Assembly: GCA_001938485.1 (NCBI GenBank)
Contig: MQRK01227093.1
Span: 18,443-82,442, forward strand
DNA: 64,000 nucleotides
Direction of reading: 5' to 3'
Source of the DNA: Girardia tigrina
Lineage: Eukaryota
Positions within the stretch are counted from its first letter, which is position 1, and each line of letters opens with the position of its first letter. The notes under the pieces are model-generated. The model searched no databases. It was not told the DNA's origin and was given only the letters and a program-made list of their open reading frames with translations. Positions 14,491-28,286 of this stretch are shown piece by piece. The position numbers and the translations under genes were made by a program.

Positions 14491-14547
14491 TCAATTAAAT
14501 ATTTTTATTAATTTCGACGGATTAACCGTCATCTTCAGAACAATTGA
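14491..14547 (-). ncRNA. Minimal type I hammerhead ribozyme (Penelope-associated)
   Basis: UCAAUU-GUU CUGAAGA U GACGG uuaau CCGUC GAAA UUAA UA AAA-auauuu-AAUUGA: intact core, 5-bp stem II, palindromic UUAA at stem III, bulged stem I. Confidence 0.75.
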
Positions 14548-14810
14548 TTTTTAAAAAGAAAGACTTGCTGGACCTAGTAAATATTGTAAAAGGGACATAA
14601 AAATCCATAAATTTAAAATTCTGTGTACTCAATTTAAGAATTATGAGAAGAGTGACATGTGAAGCTTTTATGTAAGACCTTTGGATCCTAAAATAAACGT
14701 TTTAAATGCCCTCTCGACAATTTTATCGAGGGTTTTTAAATGATTTACTGATGACGTAATGATCACATAATCATTACCGGCAGTATATAAGTCCATTTCT
14801 TTTTAAAAAA

Positions 14811-14867
14811 CCAGTTGTTCTGAAGATGGTGGTTAATCTGTCGAAATAAATAAACGATTTTAATTGG
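14811..14867 (+). ncRNA. Minimal type I hammerhead ribozyme (Penelope-associated, stem II weakened)
   Basis: CCAGUU-GUU CUGAAGA U GGUGG uuaau CUGUC GAAA UAAA UA AAC-gauuuu-AAUUGG. The stem I end pair covaries with the left copy (C-G vs U-A). Confidence 0.65.
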
Positions 14868-15836
14868 CTTTCGAATTTTAAATTATATAAATTTCACTTT
14901 TTCCACCAATTAAATTTATCAAATCAGACAATTATAAAATTTACAATTATTATTCTCGAGTTTTGCTCAAATATTTTTTTTCAATTTTAATTGTTTTGTG
15001 CGACTGGAAATTATTGAGATTGATAAAATAAATAACAAAGGAAGAACTAAAAGCTTTTTGGAGTATGACTCTTAGCACATGCAGCGCACAATATTCTTCC
15101 TCTTCTATATTGTTGAAATTTTCTTTGCATAGGTAAAAAACACTTATTAAAATCTGCTAAATAGGGTTCAAACTTCTTGTTTCTAATGAATTCCTTAGTT
15201 TTGTGTGAGAGCTAACTTTGCCGAATTAGACTAAAATGTTTTTAACAAAAAAAAATCAGAAAGAAGATATTTAAAGTAATTAGTTTCGATTATCACTACC
15301 AAGCAGAATTGATATCCAGATTTTTTGAAGTCATCAAAAGGAGCGGACGTGTATCTCTTGGTTTACAAATTTCTTTATAATATTATTTCACGGGACGAAC
15401 AGATTTCGTCATACTTCTAGTAGGTCATCATACCCTTTGTTTGTACTTATTCCTATGCTAATTCGTATTTTCACGTACAATTTAAAACATCGCTTGTTCA
15501 TTGTGTTATTGGAAATCATGAGTATATTTGTCCCTGTCGTGAAAGTTGATCTATTCGAAAACTTCAATAAATTCCAATTAATACTTGCTTTTCTTATGTT
15601 GTTATGTTCTCTTTTCTTATGAATTTGTAAATAGTTGCGTATTGCAGTACATATTTTACAAATTATATTAATCTGAAAACTTTCTTCATTTAAAAAATGT
15701 AAATAATTTTCATTTAATTTAATTTTACAAAATATTTAATAAATTGTCTGTTCATAAAAATCAAAACTTACAGATTTAATCAATTTACAATTCTTGAAAA
15801 TATAAAATGAAACAATTTCTAAAATATTGAGAATTA

Positions 15837-16036
15837 CCGGGATTTTCGGAAAATAAGGGTATTTCATGTATTTACTTTTTACGTTTTTAAGTGTTCCACT
15901 TTGTCCCCTAAAATAGGTGCGTGTTGTTATTTTTGGAAACAGCCATTTTTATCTCGAAATTGACCAATTAATTTTTGATCAATTCACATGGAAGCAAAAA
16001 ATCAGCGTAGTTGCACTTATTTTCGGAAAATCCGGG
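15837..16036. mobile_element. Tc1/mariner-type MITE (200 bp)
   Basis: TA flanks; TIR CCGGGATTTTCGGAAAATAAG / CTTATTTTCGGAAAATCCGGG. Confidence 0.7.
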
Positions 16037-17889
16037 TACTGATGTAATTTATTACAAAATGATAGTCCAATTACATAATTTATTGATTTTAGGAAATAAT
16101 TAACAAATATGGCTAAGGTTAAGTATTAATTCCTACTGCTATTACAGATTATTTTCATTAAAGCTATTTACTATTTATGGACTATAAAAGATAAGATTGT
16201 GAAAATAGCATTGAGAACGACAGGATTCTCTGAAACTTCCTTCCATGATTTAAAATATTTGTAATTTTATAAAAATATAATTTGTTATTTACCTTCACAG
16301 CCCTAAAAACACAGCACATGGAAAATTAAAGACTTACAACTAAAAATTAATATTATTATCAAAAAGACAATTATTATTACTGCCATTTGTATTATTTGTC
16401 AATCGTAATTACGACCCAATTAGACATCATCAGTTTAGTTGTTATATTGGCATTAGTGATGTTTAAAACATTTATATAACGCAAAATTATTATTTATATT
16501 TTGATTGCAATTAATTATTAGCAAATATAACTTTAATATTTACACTGGTATTATTATCTCAAATATATTTCTAGAATAATTATAAAATTTATTGTATATT
16601 AATTTATGATTATTATAATAAAATAAATCAAACTAATCTTACAAACTCTCTCTTTCAAAGATTAACTAAGAAACTCATTTCTATAAAAAAATAAGAGACA
16701 AAAGCTAAAAAGCGTTGAAAAATCAATTTTAGCTTTTATTATAGTAAAAAAAGGAGTGAAACAAAATAAATCAATATTTCCTGAATAATCGAGTTTATAA
16801 AACTGTTCTTTTTCGTCCTCTCAACTCAAAATTTAGATTTTTGCACTTGATGTCTCCTTCATAAATTACCATATGGTTCCGGTAACATGACTCCCGTTGG
16901 AAAGGAGGGACTCTAATCATTCAAATGTCATGTCTTAAAATTTGACTTTAAGATCCTATATTACAATAATTTGTATAAACATGTGTATTTTATGTCATTA
17001 ACAAAAAAAATAAAAAATAATGTGTTCTCATTTCCAACTACTTTTAGGGAGTCCATTTACAAAAAATAATATAAAACAATGATTGGAGTCATTCGTTTGT
17101 TAATGCCTGTCTTAACCCTGAAATTCATGTTTTTTTTTATTTTGACTTATAAAATAAACTTAACTATATTGCTCACTACAATAAACAAATATAAGTTTCC
17201 GCCCAAAGTAATGTCCAATGTTTTCATGTATAGTTTATTTATTGTCTATGGTCGTAAACGTGTATTCGGTAATGCACACAAGCAGATTTTTTGATAGAAT
17301 TAAGTAAAACAGGATTGTAGACAATTGGCAACAATATGTTTAAGAGTTAAGAGTAGAATCCTCAAAACGCATAAGAATGTTTGAAGATTTGAGAGTGGCG
17401 ATGTATTTTTCGGCATTATTACCATATCTGATAATTTTGTAAATCATTAACTACAGAACCTTCCGGGATGGAGGAGAATTTTATGTTCAGTTATATTATA
17501 AAATATTTTATAAAAAAGTGAATTTTAGGTGCCATTTTTGTCGTAGATCAAATATGCAATCAATATTAAGAAATATTTTATTAATTTACTTTACAACTCT
17601 CAATCAGTGTACATCAATTAACATTATCTCGTGAATGTATGATTTGAATAAGTAAATTTTCATTTCATGCATTCTTGATGTCGAAATTAACTCATAATTA
17701 CCGATCTTAGTAAAGGTTTCTTGTTTAAGAACTATCGTAAATGTAAAATTTAAAAATAAAAAGCTGATTTTAATCCTTATATCAGGTGTTGTAAAAGTCT
17801 TAACAAAAAAGCACTCCAAACAGAAACATGTATATTTCAGAAAATATAAAACATACCAAAATGAAACTTTAAATTCAAGTTGAATACAA

Positions 17890-18300
17890 GTGTTTTAAAT
17901 AATTTATTCAAAATAATCGCCTTCCACATGCACGAAGGTTTTCAAACCTTTCTTGACTGCTGCACAGGCTTTCACCTCAAACATCACTGGCAGTTTCTTT
18001 CGGACCTTTGCAACTTAATACCCCAGAGCCTTTCCACTTCTGTGACGAGTACGACAGGCTCTACTCTCTACATGTACCCATATGGAGTAATCCAGAGGAT
18101 TCAAATCTTGTGAATATGGTGGTAAATGACCACCAGTCAATTGTCTTTGATTGTAAAAAGTAGGGCTTTGTCCTCAAATAACTTTTGGACATCTTCAGTC
18201 GTATGGCATGATGCACCTTCGTGATGAAAACAAAAATTTTCACGAGAAAATTCCTTCTTCAGTCAGAGCAGTACATTTTGACTCAGAGCTTTTTGGTAAC
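17890..18300 (-). pseudogene. maT/DD37D-like (Tc1-mariner superfamily) transposase C-terminal remnant
   Basis: LPPYSQDLNPLDYSIWVHVESRACRTRH and KACAAVKKGLKTFVHVEGDYFE* in broken frames. Confidence 0.65.
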
Positions 18301-18539
18301 CCTTGAAATTCAGTCTGTGAACAGCAAGAAAGAACACTTGGTGGATTAACTTTTCCACTCGCTGCTATCAAACCCAGTAGCAGTATGCGGTAGGAAGCGT
18401 TGTTCTGTTAATCGTTCGTACATCACCGATATCATCATCTCCTAAGCGAATGACACGGTTATTACTATGGTTTTATGATGGATGATCTGTGAAAGTTTTT
18501 TCGTCTTCATAGGCGTTAACAATTCCAGCTGGGTGGGAC

Positions 18540-18835
18540 TTTCAAATGCGGAGTCGCTAGAAATGTTACTGAAGGCTTATGGTAAATCAACTTTAACAAA
18601 AACATTTGTAATGATCTCTTCAAAGCGAACTTTTTCAGCAAATAAAAAGCATTAAAGAAAATTCACGGTGAGAACTTAGGTCAATTCCAAGCAATGAATT
18701 CAAAAATATTTTGATGATTTGATTATTCGTTGGCATAAATGTAATCTTCCAGAAGGCGATACAGTAGATTTGGTTGAATAATATATATTTTGTGTTTTAT
18801 CGACGAATTCCCGTTACTTTCTTGACAGAATGTAC
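18540..18835 (+). pseudogene. Internally deleted mariner (irritans-like) remnant
   Basis: N-terminal AESLEMLLKAYGKSTLTKT joined to C-terminal LRSIPSNEFK..FDDLIIRWHKC; TIR-like end cccgttactttcttgacagaatgTA. Confidence 0.55.
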
Positions 18836-19556
18836 TTCACTTTACATGACCCTTATAATTTGGAAATAAAAATGAGTAAAAGCTGCCGTTAATTTCCTAA
18901 TTCATCCATTATTATATTCTTATGTGTCAAAGACGTTTTTCTATAAAATTCCACTTTGTATAATGGTTGATTCCTATGTACTATTAGTTTAATTTAAAAT
19001 TACAATTGCGAAAAATAAACCCTGGAATTTAGAAGCCGTAGTAGGAAGTACAAAACGGTCTATCACAGCGATCTGGATGAATTTCTGTGATATTGACTTC
19101 ACAGATCATAATTAATCTTATAATCCATGGTTTTAACCAACATGTCGTTACTCTTTTAGTGGATATACTTCATGGTAATAATCTTTAAATTACAAATAGT
19201 TAGTTAATTAAATTTTTATATGGTCTACCATCGGAGGAAATACTTTTCCTTTATTTTCGACCCCGCAAATGGTCACTTGAATAATTATTCATTTTATTTA
19301 ATTCATTTTAAAACACTAAAGATAAGTTATGCATTATACATGTGGTATATATAAAGAGGTATCAATATTATAATTACTATTTAGAAAGATGTTGCGTTGC
19401 TGTTCCGTCGACGACCTCATTTTTATTAAAACGATTTGGTTTAGTAAACACTTTTCGTGATATGTTTACAAAATTATAATTAAATGAATATATACACTTA
19501 AAACTGTGCTATTTCAATTTCTTTTCGTTAAAAAAATGAATTCGTCATTTCTGTAG

Positions 19557-19895
19557 GAATTAGTTGTACCGGAAAGGATCGCCTATGAATCTTCTCGGCC
19601 AAATGCTTCGATTTCTTATTTAACGTCGGATGAAATCGACAGTCAAGAATTTTCCAAGCCACCATTATTATTTGACAGTCGATTCCTGATAAGTTCCTCT
19701 ATCCCCGGTCCCAAGGAAGACAGCAACAATCATTTGTTAATCAACAATACGAGCACTTTCCATCGGTCTTTAACTACTGCTGAAAACAAAGCGAATCAAG
19801 ACAATTCGAGTGGCGGATTGAATGGCTGTCAGCTGGCCCGGCAGCCCCATGAATACCAGCTTCCGCACACGGACTATAAGCCTGGGCCTAAATAG
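19557..19895 (+). CDS. Probable terminal coding exon of an unidentified host gene (112 aa, Ser/Pro-rich)
   Basis: Acceptor tcatttctgtAG followed by 112 stop-free codons ELVVPERIAYESSRPNAS...HEYQLPHTDYKPGPK-TAG. CpG/GC enrichment resembles the calreticulin exons. Not in the ORF track because it lacks an early start codon. Confidence 0.6.
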   Translation, partial: ELVVPERIAYESSRPNASISYLTSDEIDSQEFSKPPLLFDSRFLISSSIPGPKEDSNNHLLINNTSTFHRSLTTAENKANQDNSSGGLNGCQLARQPHEYQLPHTDYKPGPK

Positions 19896-22494
19896 GTGAA
19901 TTTTAACGTTATCTCAGTGGGTTCGTTATCTCATTCAGAGATCCAAACACATTATAGATGAAAAAAACAGAAACACCTCTGTAAAGACTTATCTTAATAC
20001 ATTGTTGACCGGTCACAAGTTAACTCGTATTTGCACTTGGATTAGCTATTTCAATTTATGAAACCCAGGTCAATATAGAATACTGCAAAAGCTTTGTTCA
20101 TCATGTTTAGACGTGTCCCTTATTTATTTATATTTTTTTCACATTCACATTGAATTAAGAAATAATAGGCGGTGATTTGACATAGATTTAGTGTCAAATT
20201 TCCGGTCAACAACATTTCAACAACACAGATTAAAAAAAAGTATAAAGAATAAATAAATAAATTCATAATTTGTTGAAAATTGTTAAATAATTATTGTTTG
20301 ATTTTAATTCCAGAAATCATTTTCAACTAAATTTTGCGAATTGAGAGATCATTTTGGTGTTCTACAGTCGACAGATTGGCTGCAAGAAAAAAAGATTTGG
20401 AGAATGGAAACTCAATTTAAACAATCTCCTGTCTCAATAAGTTTCATTAAAATATTATTTATTTTTTTAATGAGTTAGAAATACTTGAGAAAAAAACTTT
20501 ATTACTGGATTAATTTGGCATAATTTGATTTAATGTTTTGATAATTTTTAGTTTGGTTTTGAAAATGATTTTAAATAAATTAAAAAAAATTAATATTTTT
20601 AAGAATATTATTTTAAATATTTTAAAACTGCAATAATATATAAATAGTATTTAAAATTGATGAAAAGCTACGAGGTAAAATGCGAGAAAAATATAAATAT
20701 TCGTGATACTAATGATAGTAAAAAAACTGGAGAAGGTTGTGTAAAATCAAAGAAGTAAATTTTAGACGTATTTTTTTAATTTTACGGATTTATCCAAACT
20801 GTTTCGATATTTTCTTGGCTTTTCCAACATTTTGAGAATTTTCTTTCTAACAACAAAAAACATTTGGATAAATATCTGTGACAAATGACATTCGAATGAT
20901 CAGCATTTTAGCACAAGTTATTTTTGTGAATATTTCAGGCCAAGAAAGTGCAAAAAAACGAAATCAAAAGGTGTTATAAGATCGTATCGTAAATTACTAA
21001 TAGAAATGATTAAGAATTTAGAATGATTTACCTAAAATGTGGTTTTATTTTCTTGTTAAAATAACAAAAAGAGTCTTTAACCTTGCCATGAAAAAAATAA
21101 ATGATTTAAATTTATTTTACAACTGATTTCCTAAAAGAATTAATATTAGTTTGACTTATTTTACACAAATATAATTAATTAATAAAGTTAATACAATGAG
21201 CTAGTTAATCTTCATTTCGCTATTCGAGATTTAAATAATCATAAAACTTTAATAGTATTTTTTTTAAAAAGAATTTTTAAATTTGAATTTTAAAATAAAT
21301 TTTTGAAATAGAATTTTTTTAAATGAGCTAAAACTTACTCTCAGTATTTTTAAAATTGATTTCTCAGTATTTTAAATTACATTTTCAGTATTTTTAAAAA
21401 AAACTAGTAAAAATTTTTTACACTCTGTAAAATTCATTTCTCGAAAATATACGTTATTCGGTTTCTCGACTCATATATGCGAAAAAGTATATATAATTTC
21501 CTAGTAACGAAAGACTTAAACAGCACTGAGCATTATTTTGAGCAACAACATTTGCATTATTCTTTCCTCGACATAATATCTTTGTAATTATCATAAATGG
21601 CGAAGTTCCAATCAATATACCAATCCTACTTTACCATTCCGCACATTGTACTATATACGGCGAAACAGTTGAATTGGTTTTTTTAATACTGAGAATTCAA
21701 TTTTAAAATATTGACAGTTAATTTTCAAAGCATGCTACTATTTAACAGCAAGTTCTCAAAATGTAACATATTGAGCATTTTTGACTCTCTCCATACTCTC
21801 TTCTTCTCTAGGAATTTTCTATCTACAAGGTTCTAATTTCAATAACTAAATTTCGTTAAAGCAACGTTAAACTGTGTTTCAAAAGGGGTTCCTTGGGGAG
21901 GATTGATTCAGTCAAAATGAATTGAAAGAAGAAAATAGCTCAATTTACTTAAATAATTTTTGATTTTTATATGAAGTTTATATCATTTATTAAACATCGT
22001 AAACATTTGAGGTAGTAATAGTTTAACTAAAATGAAACTAATTTTAAATCATTATATCACCTATATAAATCTCCTAATATAAAATTTAATAATATAATTA
22101 ATTTTTATTTTAGTTTTAATTATATTTTAATGTTTAATTTATTGTCATTATTATTTTAGAAACATCAAGGTTATTTACAGAAGAAAGTTTTTCTTTTATA
22201 GTTTTAAATAATTTATATTAAAATAAAATTTTTATACATTCCTCAAATATTATTTTATTTTTTTTGATATTGAAGTCATTTATAATATGTATTTCCAGAA
22301 ATCGCATTTCCGATACAACGGCTTTTAGGTTTAATAACAAATTTTGTTATTATCCGAGGGGATTTTCACTCATTATTTTTTGTCAAATAATTCGTGAATC
22401 CTTATCTAATAATTGCTTCTTTCTGGAAGTAGTGATGAAGTTATTAATATAATTACTTCGCTGAGGAAGGGCGTTGTTTAGAAATAACATTATA

Positions 22495-23633
22495 TTGGGT
22501 TGGCCAAAAAGTCATTGCGTTTTTTACTAAAATATTTATTATCAAAAAATGACATGGATGCACAAATATTTTTACACGATATACTGTCCATTATTTTCAA
22601 TCACTTTCTTCCACCTTTTCGGTAGCTTCATTATTCCTGATTTATAAAAACCTTTGTCTTTGTCAGCAAAAAAGCCGTCTAGAAACGATTTGATGTCATC
22701 ATCACTGGCGAATGTTTTTCTGTTTAAGGAATTCTGCGGTGATCTAAATAAGTGAAAATCCGATGGGGCCAAGTCTGGAGAATACGGTGGGTGCGGCAAA
22801 ACCTCCCAACCCAGTGATAAGAGTTTCTGGTGAGTGGTCAAACTTGTTAGCGGTCTTGCGTTATCATACTGAATTACAACTCATTTTCGATTTGCCAATT
22901 CAGGACGTTCCTGTTGAATTGAATGAGCCAATTTCTCCAGCTGACCACAATATCTGTCTGAATTGATGNNNNNNNNNNNNNNNNNNNNNNNNNNNNNNNN
23001 NNNNNNNNNNNNNNNNNNNNNNNNNNNNNNNNNNNNNNNNNNNNNNNNNNNNNNNNNNNNNNNNNNNNNNNNNNNNNNNNNNNNNNNNNNNNNNNNNNNN
23101 NNNNNNNNNNNNNNNNNNNNNNNNNNNNNNNNNNNNNNNNNNNNNNNNNNNNNNNNNNNNNNNNNNNNNNNNNNNNNNNNNNNNNNNNNNNNNNNNNNNN
23201 NNNNNNNNNNNNNNNNNNNNNNNNNNNNNNNNNNNNNNNNNNNNNNNNNNNNNNNNNNNNNNNNNNGGAGCGTGGTGCATCTTTCAGATGAAATTTTTCA
23301 GAACGAAATTTAGAAAACCAGTATTGACACTGTCGAAGTTTTAAGGAGTCACTACCATATACAAAATATATCTTCTTATGAGCTTCCACAGCGGTTTTCC
23401 CTTTGCGAAAATAATGCAACAAAACATGACGAATATGTTCATTTTGATTTTCCATTTCGAATTGACGGTAAAGTAATAAATTAAAACAAATTCAATTAAT
23501 ATTTTGTATAAACATAGTCTGAAAATTAAGGTTTCAGAATATATAATTGAATTTAAATTTTATCTCATCGTTTTATATTTTCAAGCTTTTTATTAGGACG
23601 TACTCAAAAACGCAATGACTTTGGCCAACCCAA
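22495..23633 (-). mobile_element. mariner transposon, mellifera-like subfamily (degenerate, gap inside)
   Basis: TA flanks; TIR TTGGGTTGGCCAAAAAGTCATTGCG; MENQNEHIRHVLLHYFRKGK N-terminus; HPPYSPDLAPSDFHLFRS C-terminus; N gap 22969-23266. Confidence 0.93.
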
Positions 23634-24597
23634 TAATTTAACGAATAAATTGAAATCAACAAGTAAACAAATCCAGCCACAAATATTCATTTTAAGATTA
23701 AGTTTGACCCCCTTTAGTAAGTGATTAAATCATAAAATCGCAAAATTTGATTAAAAAATGATTTTTATTATAATTTTATATTTTTAAATAAACAAGATCT
23801 TCATTATAATGTGAAGCAAAATTAAATATAACAAAATAAACCAAAATAATTAGATATATTTTAAATAATACTTTTTTTAATTAACTCAGAAATTTTTTTT
23901 AATAAAATGACAAATTTACACTAAAGTTAAAACACATTTATTTTTAAAAAATTAACGAAATTCCAATTTTAATTATTATTAATTTTCGAATTAGTATCAT
24001 TTTATTTATTTATATGAACCCTAAAAATGGATTAACAATTTAAATTTGAAACAATTTTCAGACAAATTAAATCGGAAAAATTAATTAAAGTTGAAAAAAG
24101 TTTCAATTTTAGGTCGACAAAATTTCTATTAAAATTTAGTGAATTTTATTCATGAAAACTAATAAAATAATGTAACAAATATTCAAATAAATTGTATATA
24201 AATCAGAATTTCCACAAAAAAGTAAAAAAAACCAACTTTAATTTATGCATTTTCTCTCGCAATTGATAAATTATATATAAAGAAGAAAATAATCTCATTT
24301 TTTGTATCAAAATGATATATATTTGTTGAAAATTAATTTTGTTAATCTTTTTTTTAAAAAAAAATAATTATTGAATATGTCTGATTTCCTTTTCTATTGT
24401 CCGCCATTGTAATGTAATTTGTAAGATAATAAATTGCTAATTAATGGAAGATTTAATTGTTCCGGATTTTATTGGATATGGATGGCTAAAAAACTTATTT
24501 TAATTAAAAATTTTAAAAATTGAGAGGATCGACTTGATTGTGAATGCTCATTAATCCGGGTTTTATATTACCCTATATTACCCTAACTAAAGAATCA

Positions 24598-25090
24598 CTA
24601 GTAGCCCACCTATAGCCCTCCTAAGGGGTTAAATAGTTTCGGTCACTGAGATATTTTCGGCTTCCCTGTGAGATACGACCACCAATGGTTTGTATATCCA
24701 TGGTTCTGCACACCTTTGGCTGTATTCGTGGAGTTAATACAGCCGCGAAAATGACATCTGAATTCTCCAATTGCAGTAAGATCTGCAATCCTAAAAAATC
24801 CAGGTGTGTTTCTTCAGTACCTATCGCTTACTCCACCGCCGTCGAGATAGTCGGGTGTCCGCCACGGAATGAATCTGGTTCCCTGGATTGTTTAGGTTTT
24901 CTACGACTCTTTCTTCCGTGTTATTTGTTGAACTGTTTTGCGCTGGTGTCATAATCGGTTCTCCAATTTCGTCTGTCTCTTCCAATTTATGATCCCGACA
25001 GAGGTGCCTTGTCAGCCACCCCTTCGTTTTGTATGACTTTTTACAGTCTCGCTAATGTACGGGTTTTGGCACCCTTACAATTAAATTTAT
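24598..25090 (-). mobile_element. Zinc-finger element family copy 2
   Basis: Encodes RDCKKSYKTKGWLTRHLCRDH and a second finger ending GWSYLTGKPK. Shares the downstream hairpin with copy 3. A Penelope-like fragment (IIKIPYSERFK) adjoins at ~25120-25330. Confidence 0.6.
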
Positions 25091-27055
25091 AAACCAGAAT
25101 AGCTTGACATCCACAAATTATTTTCGATTTCTTTGAGAGGAAGATTTGAACTTTAGATGTCATTGAAACCACTTTGACACTACTTATATTCTTTGCAACT
25201 ACTTTCATAATTTGTTTTAAATCTTTCAGAATATGGTATTTTAATTATTTGTTTGCGCTCTTCAATGTTTTTTCCTTTAGTCATTTCTTAACCAATGTTT
25301 GTGTACATGGTGTCCCTCAAGCACCCTTAAAGAATGTTTAAACCATGATCTGCAATTTTAAAATTGTAAGTAAAAATTCAAACTGTGAACTGAGCCCTTT
25401 ATTCTACCAGCTTTATATTTTTCCTCACAAAATGTCAGTTTATTTTTATGTGATTATATTAGTTATTACATATGTATACGATTTATCTAGAAGTTTACAA
25501 CTTTTATTGAAACAAAATTATGAGATTAACAAAAACTTTCAAAACGCATTTTAGACATACAAAAGACTAAAAACTTTGAATTATGTTAAAAATAAAACAT
25601 AACAAATTGTTAAATGTCTTGCACTATAAACTCATCAATCTTCTTATTTGTAAATCCAGAAGGTTAATTATTGAAAGTCCTAAATTTATATATACGTTGC
25701 GATATAACATTTTCATTTTAAATTGGAAAGTTAATATCGAATCGAAACAATCGTGGAACAGTTTCCATAACATACTTTAGTATAGATACAGTAGTAATTA
25801 AGAAAAAAGCTATTTATTTTGATTTTATCAAATTTTTAAAATGCTCCTAGAAGGTTGAAGATTACTTTAAGGACGTATCTTTATAATTATCACAAATTTT
25901 TTCTAAAAAATTTCTACAAATAGCACCGAAAGAATGAGCAAAATGTTGATTTAAATGGTTTTAACGATGTTACATTAAATCATGCAAAGTTCTTCATTTT
26001 AATAGAAACGTTTCCGCAAGTTTTTGCATAGGAAGGAAAATGTTAATGGTAAGGAGAGTGTTGGGATCATCTTGAATGTTGAACTCAACTGAGCATGTGT
26101 TTTCAAAGGGAAAAGAACCTGCTAAGTAATATGGCAGCGAATTATCCGCTAAGCTCAGTTAATGAAGATGGGGTAGAAACAATGACGAATTAGTATTGTT
26201 CGACTTATGTCCAGCGCGAATAGTAGCAGGACAACCTTTCATCAACTGGCGACTTTCATCATAAACAACAGCTAACATATTTATAAAAGATAATAATTTT
26301 TTCCAAAAATATTATTTTTAAAATATTTTTAATCATATTCTTAAAATTTTATCAAAATGATAAAATATTTAAATAATTTATTTATTTTATCGGTTATCAC
26401 AGATTCTTGTGGGGTAATATCTGTGATTTGTAAATCAGATTCTCGTGTCCATAATTTAATTTAAGATTGTAATTATAATTTAAATATTCGTTGCCAGTTT
26501 CCAGGAAAAAAAAGACTGAGTCATCTTTGTGAGTAAAGGAATCATTTATTGTTTAAATTAAAGATTTATTTTTTTGGTATTATTTGTGGAAAAGTATTTT
26601 TGGAAATATTAATTTATTAATAATATTTTTTAAGTTTTTTTCTATTATTTTTATTATATTAATATTGATATATTTAACATATTGAAGAAAAAAATTATTT
26701 TTCTGTTCTCTTGATTTTGTTTCAATATTTTTTGCGTTTTTAAAAAACAAACAATGGTTACAAGACGCCCAATTTTTTTTAATTAAATGTGACTCCATCT
26801 GTTTGATATTTAATTAAAATATATAAAATATTTATCAATTTAATAATTCTGACGATTTTTAGGATTAATCATTCATAAAACATGACTTGATGAAAAGACT
26901 CCATCCAGAGTCACCAGTAGTAAAAGGTTGTTCATAAAATATTAGTACAAAGGAATGCCGTGAATTGTTATAAATAGTTTTTGTCTTAAAATTGATGTAT
27001 TAATAATGTATTAGAAATATATAATATATATTAGTAAAGGTTTTATTATGTTTAA

Positions 27056-27287
27056 CCCCTTATCTACTGCATTATAAACAAAATGACAGCAAAAGAACAC
27101 AATGTCCATTCGAAAAAAGCTTTCTTCCTCATAAAATTCATCAGCCAAGAACAACTTCTGTCGTCTATCGTGAAAAGGTAGAGCTAAAGGACTGTTTCTG
27201 AAACTTACCATCAGAATATAAGTAATAGTTGTTGTGCTAAAGTTTTTAAATGACTGCTACCTATATGTACCGTCAGTAGAAAAAGGG
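27056..27287. mobile_element. piggyBac-type MITE (232 bp)
   Basis: TTAA flanks; TIR CCCCTTATCTACTG / CAGTAGAAAAAGGG. Confidence 0.65.
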
Positions 27288-27474
27288 TTAAATATAATTA
27301 CTTTTACATTTAGAATCGAAATGTGTAAATCTTTTGGACAAAAATTCTCTATTTAGAACTGGAATATTTCTTTAAAGAAAATACATACATCATTTGTCGA
27401 AAAACACAAAAAAAATATAAACTTGTTGCATATGTTGGAGTCAGAAAGTAAATAGATTGGTCACAATAGAAATA

Positions 27475-27956
27475 CGGGGGTTGGACATAAAAATTGAAAC
27501 GCTAAACATTTTGGCATCATAATCTTTGAACATGTTGTAAATAACATGACATATTTAATTGTTTTTCAGTTAATTATTTTTTTTATTTCATGATTTAATT
27601 TAAAATAATTGTTTTTTATAGAAATTAAAAAAATTGTTTTTAACCTTTAAAATGACAGACCTCTCGGATTTGCAAAGAAGCTAAATTGGTGGTGCTTTTA
27701 TAGTAGGTAAAAGTGTTATAGAAACTGTTTAAATGTTTGGCACTTCAAAAGGCACTGTCCAAATAATTATTAATGCTTTTGAAAGAGAAAGTATAACATC
27801 CTCAGCAAAGCACAAGTCTGGGAGAAAGTCAAAGTTGTCTTAGGGAGACCGTTAGGATAATTAAGGTTGAAATTCCACGAAAAGGTCGAACTACAACATA
27901 TTATAATATATTTTGGTTATTTTTTTAAGATGTTCCCATTATTTTGTCTAACCTTG
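27475..27956 (+). mobile_element. Internally deleted Tc1 element
   Basis: TA flanks; TIR CGGGGGTTGGACATAAAAATTGAAAC / GTTCCCATTATTTTGTCTAACCTTG; decayed Tc1 N-terminus MTDLSDLQRS*IGGA...GTVQ...SSAKHKSGRKSKLS. Confidence 0.75.
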
Positions 27957-28102
27957 TATAATATTACATTGCTTAAATAAGACTTCATAGACAACACACT
28001 ATTGACCTTTGGTTGAAAAATTGTTTTCAATCAATCCTTCATTCGAAGAGTTTTCAAAATATGGAGAGCTAAATTTCATTTTAAATATTTCCCTTGATTT
28101 AA

Positions 28103-28286
28103 CACGTTAGCTGTCATATGTATAAGATATTTATATCTCCGTGGGCCAAAGGGTACATAAAATTTATTTGTTTGATATTTTAGCAGCCAGTCCTTATATT
28201 TAAATCAAGTTGAATGGAACCCAAAAATTAAATAAAATAACAATATACATTTCTTACAGCCGGCGCGTCGTATGACAATTAACTTG
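28103..28286. mobile_element. piggyBac-type MITE (184 bp)
   Basis: TTAA flanks; TIR CACGTTAGCTGTCATA / TATGACAATTAACTTG. Confidence 0.6.

Larger units (their letters stand above)
14476..14884. mobile_element. Short Penelope-derived element with inverted terminal repeats (~90 bp), each carrying a hammerhead motif
   Basis: 14476-14570 is the reverse complement of ~14785-14884. The interior encodes the GIY-YIG C-terminus FKILCTQFKNYE..VTCEAL.VRPLDPKINVLNALSTILSRVFK*, homologous to 58924-59115. Confidence 0.8.
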
